Shown one piece after another: positions 24,835 to 36,854 of a DNA stretch of 64,000 nt. Numbering within the stretch: the stretch's first letter is position 1; each line of letters begins with the position of its first letter. This DNA comes from Haliotis rubra. Lineage: Eukaryota. Location: positions 186,001 to 250,000 of the forward strand of contig NW_025767460.1 of assembly GCF_003918875.1 (NCBI RefSeq), in the 5' to 3' direction. Below the pieces are notes generated by a model. It did not search any database. It saw only the letters and a program-made list of their open reading frames with translations, and had not been told where the DNA came from. The translations under genes were made by a program, and so were the position numbers.

Positions 24835-27800
24835 GAGAGGTGTACCCTATACCCCCGTCAGTTGGGGACCTACAGAGCCTGAACTGTGTCCTGTACCCCC
24901 GTCAGATGGGGACCTACAGAGAGAGGTGTGTCCTGTAACACCGTCAGTTGGGGACCTACAGAGCCTGAACTGTGTCCTGTACCCCTGTCAAATGGGGACC
25001 TACAGAGAGAGGTGAACCCTGTACCCCTGTCAGATGGGGACATACAGAGAGAGGTGTGCCCTGTACCCCCGTCAGATGGGGACCTACAGAGAGAGCTGTG
25101 CCCTGTACCCCCGTCAGATGGGGACCTACAGAGAGAGCTGTTCCCTGTACCCCCGTCAGATGGGGACCTACAGAGAGAGGTGTGCCCTGTAACCCCGTCA
25201 GATGGGGACCAAGAGAGAGAGCTGTGCCCTGTACTCCCGTCAGATGGGGACCTACAGAGAGAGCTGTGCCCTGTACCCCCGTCAGATGGGGACCAAGAGA
25301 GAGAGCTGTGCCCTGTACTCCCGTCAGATAGGGACCTACAGAGAGAGGTGTGCCCTGTAACCCCGTCAGATGGGGACCAAGAGAGAGAGCTGTGCCCTGT
25401 ACTCCCGTCAGATGGGGACCTACAGAGAGAGGTGTGCCCTGTACCCCCGTCAGATGGGGACCTACAGAGAGAGCTGTGCCCTGTACCCCCGTCAGATGGG
25501 GACCTACAGAGAGAGAGGTGTGCCCCTGTAACCCCCGTCAGATGGGGACCTACAGAGAGAGCTGTGCCCTGTACCCCCGTCAGATGGGGACCTACAGAGA
25601 GAGCTGTGCCCTGTACCCCCGTCAGCTGGGGACCTACAGAGAGAGCTGTGCCCTGTACCCCCGTCAGATGGGGACCTACAGAGAGAGCTGTGCCCTGTAA
25701 CCTCGTCAGATGGGGACCTACAGAGAGAGCTGTGCCATGTAACCCTGTCAGATGGGGACCTACAGAGAGAGAGGTGTGCCCTGTACCCCCTGTCAGCTGG
25801 GGACCTACAGAGAGAGGTGTGCCCTGTACCCACGTCAGATGGGGACCAAGAGAGAGCTGTGCCCTGTACCCCCGTCAGATGGGGACCACAGAGAGGGTGT
25901 GCCCTGTAGACCTACAGAGAGAGCTGTGCCCTGTACCCCGTCAGATGGGGACCTACAGAGAGAGCTGTGCCCTGTAACCCGTGTCAGATGGGGACCTACA
26001 GAGATGCTGTGCCCTGTGCCCCCGTCAGATGGGGACTTTACCTGTGCCCTGTAAACCCTGTCAGATGGGGACCTACAGAGAAGATGGGGAACCCCGTCAG
26101 ATGGGGACCACAGAGAGCTGTGCCCTGTAACCCCGTCAGATGGGGACCAACAGAGAGAGCTGTGCCCTGTAACCCCGTCAGATGGGGACCCTGAGAGACC
26201 CTGTACTCCCCGTCAGATGGGGACCTACAGAGAGAGCTGTGCCCTGTAACCCTGTCAGATGGGGACCTACAGAGAGAGAGCTGTGCCCTGTGACCCTGTC
26301 AGATGGGGACCTACAGAGAGAGCTGTGCCCTGTAACCCCGTCAGATGGGGACCAAGAGAGAGCTGTGCCCTGTACCCCCCGTCAGATGGGGGACTTACAG
26401 AGAGAGCTGTGCCCTGTAACCCCGTCAGATGGGGACCACAGAGAGAGCTGTGCCCTGTACCCCCGTCAGATGGGGACCTACAGAGAGCTGTGCCCTGTAA
26501 CCCCGTCAGATGGGGACCAAGAGAGAGAGCTGTGCCCTGTACCCCCGTCAGATGGGGACCTACAGAGAGAGCTGTGCCCTGTAACCCCGTCAGATGGGGA
26601 CCTACAGAGAGCTGTGCCCTGTACCCCCGTCAGATGGGGACCTACAGAGAGAGCTGTGCCCTGTAACCCCGTCAGATGGGGACCTACAGAGAGAGAGCTG
26701 TGCCCTGTACCCCCGTCAGATGGGGACCTACAGAGAGAGGTGTGCCCTGTAACCCCCGTCAGATCGGGGACCAAGAGAGCTTTGCCCTGTACCCCCGTCA
26801 GATGGGGACCTACAGAGAGAGGTGTGCCCTGTACCCCCGTCAGCTGGGGACCTACAGAGAGAGCTGTGCCCTGTACCCCCGTCAGATGGGGACCTACAGA
26901 GAGAGCTGTGCCCTGTACCCCCTGTCAGATGGGGACCTACAGAGAGAGGTGTGCCCTGTAACCCCGTCAGATGGGGACCTACAGAGAGAGCTGTGCCCTG
27001 TACTCCCGTCAGATAGGGACCTACAGAGAGAGCTGTGTCCTGTAACCCCGTCAGATGGGGACCTACAGAGAGAGGTGTGCCCTGTAACCCCGTCAGATGG
27101 GGACCTAGAGAGAGAGCTGTGCCCTGTACTCCCGTCAGATAGGGACCTACAGAGAGAGCTGTGCCCTGTACCCTCGTCAGATGGGGACTTACAGAGAGAG
27201 CTGTGCCCTGTACCCCCGTCAGCTGGGGACCTACAGAGAGAGCTGTGCCCTGTAACCCCGTCAGATGGGGACCAACAGAGAGAGCTGTGCCCTGTAACCC
27301 CGTCAGATGGGGACCTACAGAGAGAGCTGTGCCCTGTAACCCTGTCAGATGGGGACCTACAGAGAGAGCTGTGCCCTGTACCCCGTCAGATGGGGACCTA
27401 CAGAGAGAGCTGTGCCCTGTAACCCCGTCAGATGGGGACCTACAGAGAGAGCTGTGCCCTGTAACCCCGTCAGATGGGGACCAAGAGAGAGAGGTGTGCC
27501 CTGTACTCCCGTCAGCTGGGGACCTACAGAGAGAGCTGTGTCCTGTACTCCCGTCAGATGGGGACCAAGAGAGAGGTGTGCCCTGTAACCCCTTCAGATC
27601 GGGACCTACAGAGAGAGCTGTTCCCTGTAACCCCGTCAGATGGGGACCAAGAGAGAGAGCTGTGCCCTGTACTCCCGTCAGCTGGGGACCTACAGAGAGA
27701 GGTGTGCCCTGTAACCCCGTCAGATGGGGACCTACAGAGAGAGCTGTGTCCTGTACTCCCGTCAGATGGGGACCAAGAGAGAGGTGTGCCCTGTAACCCC

Positions 27801-28105
27801 TTCAGATGGGGACCTACAGAGAGAGCTGTGTCCTGTACCCCTGTCAGATGGGGACCTACAGAGAGAGCTGTGCCCTGTACCCCGTCAGCTGGGGACCTAC
27901 AGAGAGAGCTGTGCCCTGTACTCCCGTCAGCTGGGGACCTACTGAGAGAGGTGTGCCCTGTCAACCCCGTCAGAGAGGGAGACTGTGCCCTGTAACCCCG
28001 TCAGATGGGGACCTACAGAGAGAGAGGTGTGCCCTGTACTCCCGTCAGCTGGGGACCTACAGAGAGAGCTGTGCCCTGTAACCCCGTCAGATGGGGACCT
28101 ACAGA
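24835..28105. repeat. Minisatellite, 42-bp unit GTGCCCTGTACCCCCGTCAGATGGGGACCTACAGAGAGAGCT
   Basis: About 78 tandem units. Confidence 0.97.
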
Positions 28106-28749
28106 AGAGTGGCCTTGTGTGTATTATCATGACAAATAAGGTCCTCATCGGCAACCATCCACAGACTACAAAGTACATTAACTCGACAGATAGCATTCAT
28201 GACATAATTAACTCCAAGTTATAACCGATGACCACTCGATTCCTTCAATAAAATCAGAGATCTAATAGTAACAAAACATTGTCTGAAGAGGTTTACAGTT
28301 ACCAGTACACCGAACAGATCAAACACTGGCTGGAGAAAAGAGAGTGTTTGACGCACGAGAAAAACTCCTCTCTTTAAAGTTAATTGTAGACCAGGGCAGC
28401 CGTTTGTTCACTTCCCAAGGGAAATAAAAACACTATCGTTGAGCCGAGCGGCTTAAAATCTATTCTCGCCCAAGAGACACAGAAAGTTATCGTTTACGCT
28501 CTAATTGATATCCACAACATATTGTAGTAGTCGTTTCTTGTATTGCGAGACGTCGGTGCATATGGAAATGTCGCTTGCACTGGGGCAGGTCTCTCCAGTG
28601 TGTTTAGGAGCTGCATATCCAACCATTGTGTCATAACTGGACACCTACTTGTCGCTATGACATGCAGTTCTCAAGCTTTGGCGTTGCATGTTTTGTACGC
28701 GCTCATATACATGTATAATGAGTCGATTAAAGGTTTGTGTAAAATGCCT

Positions 28750-29630
28750 TGAATATACGTTTATATATTGGGTTGAATTTTCGTTTGTGTATAATGTGAA
28801 GGATGTACGTATATATACAATATGTTGAATACACGTTAATGTATAATGACCTGAATGCTCGTTTAAGTATATTGAGTTGAATGTAGTTTATATAATGGGT
28901 TGAATATACGTTTGTGTATTATTTATTGAATACACGTTATATATAATGTGCTGGATGCATGTGTATATATAATGGGTTGAATGTACGTTTATATAATGGG
29001 TTGAATATACGTTATATAATGGGTTGAATATACGTTTGTGTATTATTTATTGAATACACGTTATATATAATGTGCTGGATGCATGTGTATATATAATGGG
29101 TTGAATGTACGTTTATATAATGGGTTGAATATACGTTTATATAATGGGTTGAATATACGTTTGTGTATTATTTATTGAATACACGTTATATATAATGTGC
29201 TGAATGCATGTGTATATATAATGGGTTGAATGTACGTTATATAATGGGTTGAATATACGTTTATATAATGGGTTGAATATACGTTTGTGTATTATTTATT
29301 GAATACACGTTATATATAATGTGCTGGATGCATGTGTATATATAATGGGTTGAATGTACGTTTATATAATGGGTTGAATATACGTTGAATATACGTTATA
29401 TAATGGGTTGAATATACGTTATATAATGGGTTGAATATACGTTTGTGTATTATTTATTGAATACACGTTATATATAATGTGCTGAATGCATGTGTATATA
29501 TAATGTGCTGAATGCATGTGTATATATAATGTGCCGGATGCATGTGTATATAATGTGCTGAATGCATTTGTATATATATATAATGTGCTGGATGCATATG
29601 TATATATAATGGGTTGAGTACACGTCTGTG
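28750..29630. repeat. AT-rich ~24-26-bp satellite with higher-order (~125-bp) structure
   Basis: ATAATGGGTTGAATATACGTTTAT variants recur in a fixed order. Confidence 0.9.
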
Positions 29631-31017
29631 TATAACTAGTTCACCATTCAGGGTGGAGGTATTCACGGAATGTACCCGTACCAATCAGCGAACATATGAC
29701 AGCTAAGTTCTGCAGGGAGGAACATAGGAAGCGGTTAACACGGGGGTAGTTAGATCCAGCGCATGAAGAAGTACCAGTACGTCGTGTGTCGAGAACATAT
29801 ACGACAGAGCAAGGTTATTAATAATCAGTCACGCCTATGCCTGTGTGTGTTGTGTCGTCTGTGGAGTAGACTCAGATCTACAGTTGTACAGTTGCACATA
29901 TGCACTGTTGCGTCAGGTCAACCTCTGGGGCACCTCAAACCTCATCACCACACACCAGCTCCCTTCATCATATCACCCTGCCTTGTACACAGGTGCAGGC
30001 GGTCGCACCACCACGAGTTGAAGAAACCACGAGACACAGTTCCACACCTGGTCCACTGTCACTGACAATGTGAGGGACACTGTGTGGCAGTCAAAGCTGT
30101 AAACGCTCTCTATTGCTTCCATGTTTCAATTTCACGGAAATGTGGTCACATTTGCTCGAGATGATCGCATTCAGAGCCGCCATATTGCCTTGACTAAACA
30201 GCTTCATTCTCGGCATTATGTAAACCGCACTAAGCAGCCAGTGAACCGCAAACTCGTGCCTGCTAAAACCTTGTCAACCATGGAATATTAGCTTACATCA
30301 GTGGAACCCCTCTTCTTTTATATAGCTGAATAGTTGCGGTGAATTTTGCAGCTAAAACATTGAAATTTCCAACTGAAGAGCTGGACTGTTGTAGCTAGTT
30401 GTGTGGTCCCACTTGCATTCAGGGCTTGGTGAAAAGTTTGAAAAGCATCAGTGGCGACAGTTTCAGGGGGTATTGCTCAAGATTTGAGTAATAAAACATA
30501 TAATTAACGAGCAGAACATTTCACGTCTCTAAGGTTCTAACACTATGTTAACTTTAGGCCCCCAGTAAGTTCAAAGGCCAGGGATGGACAAGGTAAACTG
30601 AGGCTGGTCACGCTCAGTTAATATAATGTTGCTTGGTAAGAAGCCGGTATCTCGCTTAACTGCATCATCGTCTACATCTATTTACAAATATGAACCTTAA
30701 TAAGACCAGCTGAAATGTTCGCATGTCCGTAACAGACTGGCTTCTTTACTGTCCGTTAATCTAGACGTGCCACTGTAAGGATAGAATTACTTTATATCTA
30801 TGAGCTTAGCATTCAGTACAGCCTTGGTGCAAGGCTACGTATGTATCTGCACACTGACTCGGTGTTCAGGTGTACTCAGATATACACTGTAGAAAGTAAA
30901 TCAGTGCTTGGAGAGCAATATTACATTAGTCAATTTTAGTGTGCACATTTCGCACACAGGACTATCAGGACAGGGATTTGTGTAGAAAGTTTCTGTGACG
31001 AATGCTGAACACATAGA

Positions 31018-31227
31018 AACATGGGGACTCCGACACCGATACATGGGGGACTCCGACACCGATACATGGGGGACTCCGACACCGATACATGGGGGACTCC
31101 GACACCGATACATGGGGGACTCCGACACCGATACATGGGGGACTCCGACACCGATACATGGGGGACTCAGACACCGATACATGGGGGACTCCGACACCGA
31201 TACATGGGGGACTCCGACACCGATACA
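31018..31227. repeat. Minisatellite, 23-bp unit ACATGGGGGACTCCGACACCGAT
   Basis: 9 nearly perfect units. Confidence 0.97.
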
Positions 31228-32149
31228 GGTTTCTCACACAATATAATTATACATGACATTGTCATCTTGCCTTGGTTTCTTTCTTGTTATGTACATTAAC
31301 ATTTTGCAGCTTGATATCTGTCCGATTGGACCTAAAAGGAGTAGAGCTAAATCGGAAGATTTTTTTCCGAGGAAAACCTGTTTCAATGATTTAAAAAAAA
31401 GAGTTTATCGATTTGTGATTAAAAATTCCAGTGTAGTGGTGACTGTAGAGTAATTTATCATATCTCACAATACCAGTACCCGAGATTGGTTGCCAGCCAG
31501 CCCGTGTGTCTGGTGCACGGACGATCGTTACAATAACCATGCATATTTCAGTAAAGATGGAATGGCTGATATCTGGTCAGTAATTCCACGTGGAACGTCT
31601 AAGACAGGGGAAGGATTAGCTGCATCTCGAGATGCGAGAACTATACTCATAGCTTGTCAATTTCACTTTGCACACAGTTTGACAGGCTCGGTACATTCAA
31701 GTCCCGACAGTAATCCTACTATGTACATTGCTCTTGTATCAACTATTGCTGTCAGAAAAGTTCTTATTTCATATCCAGATAATTGACTATAAAGATATTT
31801 CCGTAAAAGCTACTACTTAAAACTTCAGCTTCAATTCATAAAGGGAAGTTTATACATTGATATCGGAGCAGACGTGACATTGAGAGTCAGCTTGTAATGT
31901 CTGCTTTCTAGCACAACTGTCATGGACACTCCATGGAACTGGTATTAAGCCCTATATTTTCACTTCGGATTCATTTCATGCACGCCATTTCGCGGAAGTG
32001 AGCGTCTTAATATGTTTTATTTTAGGGAAGTCGAATCCATAAAATGCCTGTCTTCCCGTAAAACGCAATTCTAGATAATTGTTGGTCACATAGATGTTCT
32101 CCCGCCGGTAAACAATGATATTGCGCAGTTGTGTTGACTTCCGTTGTGT

Positions 32150-32958
32150 TGATAGGAGAGTTTACATGGCGGGTTACCAGATGTTACCTAGTGTAGTGGT
32201 GAAGTAGTATAGGAGAGGTTACATGACGGGTTACCAGATGTTACCTAGTGTAGTGGTGAGGTAGTATAGGAGAGTTTACATGACGGGTTACCAGATGTTA
32301 CCTAGTGTGTGAAGTAGTATAGAGAGGTGACGGGTACCAGATGTTATAGTGAGTGGTGAAGTAGTATAGGAGAGGTTACATGACGGGTTACCAGATGTTA
32401 CCTAGTGTAGTGGTGAAGTAGTATAGGAGAGGTTACATGACGGGTTACCAGATGTTACCTAGTGTAGTGGTGAAGTAGTATAGGAGAGGTTACATGACGG
32501 GTTACCAGATGTTACCTAGTGTAGTGGTGAAGTAGTATAGGAGAGGTTACATGACGGGACAGGTTACCTAGTGTAGTGGTGAAGTAGTATAGGAGAGGTT
32601 ACGGGTTACCAGTGTTACCTAGTGTAGTGGTGAAGTAGTATAGGAGAGGTTACATGACGGGTTACCAGTTAGGAGGTTACATGACGGGTTACCAGATGTT
32701 ACCTAGTGTAGTGGTGAAGTAGTATAGGAGAGGTTACATGACGGGTTACCAGATGTTACCTAGTGTAGTGGTGAAGTAGTATAGGAGAGGTTTACATGAC
32801 GGGTTACCAGATGTTACCTAGTGTAGTGGTGAAGTAGTATAGGAGAGGTTTCATGACGGGTTACCAGATGTTACCTAGTGTAGTGGTGAAGTAGTATAGG
32901 AGAGTTTACATGGCGGGTTACCAGATGTTACCTAGTGTAGTGGTGAAGTAGTATAGGG
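32150..32958. repeat. Minisatellite, ~57-bp unit ATAGGAGAGGTTACATGACGGGTTACCAGATGTTACCTAGTGTAGTGGTGAAGTAGT
   Basis: About 14 units. Confidence 0.95.
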
Positions 32959-33656
32959 GAAGACCTGTGTAATTAATTACTGTAGGCGTACACGTCTTGT
33001 CTACACACACACCCCTCTCACACCCTCCTCCAGAGAACCGTGTTTACCGACTTAGCAAGGGGCACACACACACAATTATCATCGCTTTGTTAAAAGTTCG
33101 CAGTTTCTGCAGTTATTATTATAATATTCTACAAATAATCAACGACCAAGATCCTTCATGTTCGGTGGAAAGCACAAAAGCTGGGGCATTGGAGTCAGCG
33201 CGTTGATGTTTTGATGATATTAACCATGCCATGTGTTTATGTTGCGTCCAAATTCCCCGACTCGCCCTTGCCCGAAGGGAATCTATTGAATTACTTTCCT
33301 TTTGATGTCATATAGGCAAGATTTTCATTTGATGCATCGTCCATGATGCAACTTTGGTGATTGTAGGCTTTTAAAACAGCTACTGTTACCTATCCAAATA
33401 TAACCGTCGGTCTTGGAGATCCACTCATTTGACCAGGTCGTGCTGGGGAACTCCTTCCTATATTAATGGGAAAGATCTAAGAACATTTTATAGATGAGTT
33501 GATTTAAGTCCAAAAGCTGAAATGTTGGTAACCGAACATAAAGTGTTGAAAAGACGACGTAGTGTTAATCATTGACGCGGCTGTGATGGTGTCTGGGCGA
33601 CATCGGCAACCGTCTCTAGTTCAGCCGTATCTGCGTACTTGTGGTGCTTATTAACA

Positions 33657-33715
33657 TGAGTGAGTGAGATGGGTTTGACGATGTTTTCATCAGTATTTTA
33701 GTTATATGGCGGCAG
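33657..33715 (-). mobile_element. SINE 3'-end fragment
   Basis: GAGTGAGTGAG tail followed by the degenerate reverse complement of the SINE 3' core (..CAGTATTTTAGTTATATGGCGGC). Confidence 0.55.
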
Positions 33716-33962
33716 GATATGAGCAGAAGGAAAGCCTGAAGTGTTTGCAGACATTAAACGTTTACCACTGTGGTGTCACCCACGGGTGTTGACAAACGTA
33801 GACACACGATTAGGGCGAGTCCCGAACATTATGATGAGAAGAGAGGTGAGTTTTGATAAGAGCATATAGTTAATAAAAGACGAGGAGCCGAAGGCATGCA
33901 GTGTTCTCTCTCTTGTCTATTTTATGAAAGGAAAGTATAGGTGTGTGAGGTACAGCAGTCCC

Positions 33963-34312
33963 TAGTCTGTCATACAGACCCTAAAACAAATATATATACT
34001 TAATGTATACTGAAGAAAGCCTATGCAAGTCTAGAATATGTTACAAGTCTAGATTACCACAGTTTCTGAAAATGATGAGAGTCTCTGGGTTCCTTTCATT
34101 ATGGGGCGGTGGGGTAGCCTAGTTGTTAAAGCGTTCGCTCGTCACGCTGAAGACACGGGTTCGATTCCTCACATGGGTACTATGTGTGAAGCCCATATCT
34201 GGTGTCCCCCGCCGTGATATTGCTGGAATATTGCTAAAAGCGGCGTAAAACCAATCTCACTCACTCCTTTTCATTATATTTTATGATTATTTTTATGAGC
34301 AGTACATTTCTG
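33963..34312 (+). mobile_element. Copy of the TAG..CTA element split by the SINE
   Basis: TAGTCTGTCATACAGACCCT..ATGCAAGTC..AGTTTCTGAAAATGA..GTCTCTGGGTTCCTTTCATTAT[SINE]..GTACATTTC aligns with the reverse complement of 8760-8903. Confidence 0.6.
34103..34266 (+). mobile_element. tRNA-derived SINE, full length
   Basis: Pol III box A-like TAGCCTAGTTG, box B GGTTCGATTCC, a body ending GCTGGAATATTGCTAAAAGCGGCGTAAAA, a (CACT)n tail, and the flanking duplication TTTCATTAT (34094-34102 / 34269-34277). Confidence 0.9.
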
Positions 34313-34374
34313 TAAAAAATATATCTTGGCTATCCCGTGTAGGTAAAGTTGATCAAACTGATCGATGTTCTCTT

Positions 34375-36122
34375 GTCTGTAGTGTGAGGGTGGGACAGTT
34401 GACACTGGCCGAGTGGCTGGGTTTACAGTGGGCTGTAGTGTGAGGGTGGGGCAGCTGACGCTGGCCGAGTGGCTGGGTTTACAGTGGGCTGTAGTGTGAG
34501 GGTGGGGCAGCTGACACTGGTAGAGTGGTTGGGTTTACAGTGGGCTGTAGTGTGAGGGTGGGGCAGCTGACACTGGCCGAGCGGCTGGGTTTACAGTGGG
34601 CTGTAGTGTGAGGGTGGGGCAGCTGACACTGGCCGAGCGGGCTGGGTTTATAGTGGGCTGTAGTGTGAGGGTGGGGCAGCTTGACACTGGTAGAGTGGTT
34701 GGGTTTACAGTGGGCTGTAGTGTGAGGTGGGGCAGCTGACACTGGTCGAGTGGTTGGGTTTACAGTGGGCTGTAGTGTGAGGGTGGGGCAGCTGACACTG
34801 GTAGAGTGGTTGGGTTTACAGTGGGCTGTAGTGTGAGGTCGGGGCAGCTGACACTGGTCGAGTGGTTAGGTTTACAGTGGGCTGTAGTGTGAGGTCGGGG
34901 CAGCTGACACTGGTCGAGTGGTTAGGTTTACAGTGGGCTGTAGTGTGAGGGTGGGGCAGCTGACACTGGTCGAGTGGTTGGGTTTACAGTGGGCTGTAGT
35001 GTGAGGGTGGGGCAGCTGACACTGGTCGAGTGGTTAGGTTTACAGTGGGCTGTAGTGTGAGGGTGGGGCAGCTGACACTGGTCGAGTGGTTAGGGTTTAC
35101 AGTGGGCTGTAGTGTGAGGGTGGGGCAGCTGACACTGGCCGAGTGGCTGGGTTTACAGTGGGCTGTAGTGTGAGGGCAGGGCTGGCCGAGTGACACTGGT
35201 CAGTGGGCTGTAGAGCTGGTGAGGCTTTACTGACACTGAAGTACAGTGGGCTGTAGTGTGAGGGTGGGGCAGCTGACACTGGCCGAGTGGCTGGGCTTTA
35301 CAGTGGGCTGTAGTGTGAGGGGTGGGCAGCTGACGCTGGCCGAGTGGCTGGGTTTACAGTGGGCTGTAGTGTGAGAGGCTGGGGCAGCTGGGGCTGGCCA
35401 AGTGGTTGGGTTTACAGTGGGCTGTAGTGTGAGGGTGGGGGGCTGACACTGAGTACAGAAGGGTGTAGTTGGGTTTACAGTAGGCTGGACGCTAGTCTGA
35501 CAGCTGGACACTAGGAGTGGCTGGCTGGGTTTACAGTGGGCTGTAGTGTGAGGGTGGGCAGCTGACACTGGTAGAGTGGTTGGGTTTACAGTGGGCTGTA
35601 GTGTGAGGGTGGGGCAGCTGACACTGGTCGAGTGGTAGGTTTACAGTGGGCTCTAGCTGTGAGGAGGTGGGGCAGCTGACGCTGGCCGAGTGGTTGGGCT
35701 TACAGTGGGCTGTAGTGTGAGAGATGCGGCAGCTGACGCTGGTGAGGGAGTGGCTGACACTTTAGAGTGAAGTTAGGTTTACAGTGGGCTGTAGTGTGAG
35801 GGTGGGGCAGTTGACACTGGTAGAGTGGTTGGGTTTACAGTGGGCTGTAGTGTGGGGGTGGGGCAGTTGACACTGGTCGAGTGGTTAGGTTTACAGTGGG
35901 CTGTAGCGTGAGGGTGGGGCAGCTGACACTGGCCGAGCGGCTGGGTTTACAGTGGGCTGTAGTGTGAGGGTGCGGCAGCTGACACTGGTCAAGTGGCTGG
36001 GTTTACAGTGGGCTGTAGTGTGAGGGTGGGGCAGCTGACACTGGTCAAGTGGCTGGGTTTACAGTGAGCTGTAGTGTGAGGGTGGGGCAGTTGACACTGG
36101 CCGAGTGACTGGGTTTACAGTG
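34375..36122. repeat. Minisatellite, 56-bp unit GGGTTTACAGTGGGCTGTAGTGTGAGGGTGGGGCAGCTGACACTGGCCGAGTGGCT
   Basis: About 31 G-rich units. Confidence 0.96.
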
Positions 36123-36854
36123 GACATGGTGATATCAGTAAACGTCAACTTTTGACAGCAACTTGAATCCACATCTTGTTTAGACAATCTAATCACTGGT
36201 CATGGGAGACTGGACCTGTTCGGCCACGGTGTGATTAGCTCGTGAGCGCCGACCTCAGCTTGCTAATTAGTGCAGTGTCAGGAAAAGGGCTAAACCTCAC
36301 TGTCACGTGTACGGTGGACTTCAAGTTAGGGACTGGTCATGTATTAGTAGGGTGGGGGTCAAATATTTTAGGTGTACTGATATACAGAATCTAATGAACC
36401 TCCCCTGATGCTTTTAGTATTTTGTATGGCCACTTCCCTTGAAAGTGTTTATTTTTTCACATCCCTAAACATTTTTCTCATCCCTAAACATCTAAAATTT
36501 AAAACACTTGACATTTATAAATAAATTCTCATTTTTTTCATTACCTTCCCTGAATATGAATTAAATAATCTTTACACGTCGGAGAACACGTATGATGGTG
36601 AGAACCGTAGCCGTAACGAAAATCTAATTACTTTCCACCCCTACCCCCCTGCTGGGCGGTGCAGTCACAGGGAAGAACAACGATAATAATCTCCCTGCAA
36701 CCAACACACAACATATGTTGAAGCACGTGACACCTCATCTGACTACTGGAGTATCATGATGTGTAACACAAGACCTCTCCCACTGACCGCCCGGGGAACA
36801 CTCAGCCCTGACCACCTGACCACTGATCACAGGGTAAACAGTACACTGACTTAC

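Noticed and set aside
24886-28224. Long repetitive ORFs (ELCPVPPSDGDLQR / CTPVRWGPTER repeats)
   Set aside because: They are translations of a 42-bp minisatellite, open in several frames and on both strands, with frequent frame-breaking indels and no splice or signal context.
34103-34175. tRNA gene (Asp-like head)
   Set aside because: It continues into a SINE body and tail with a TSD and has an imperfect cloverleaf, so it is called a SINE.
35180-35770. Scrambled units inside arrays (also near 15480, 26040-26220, 32300 and 54240)
   Set aside because: They look like read-consensus errors in repeats rather than biology. They also raise the likelihood that exon A's frameshift is an artefact.
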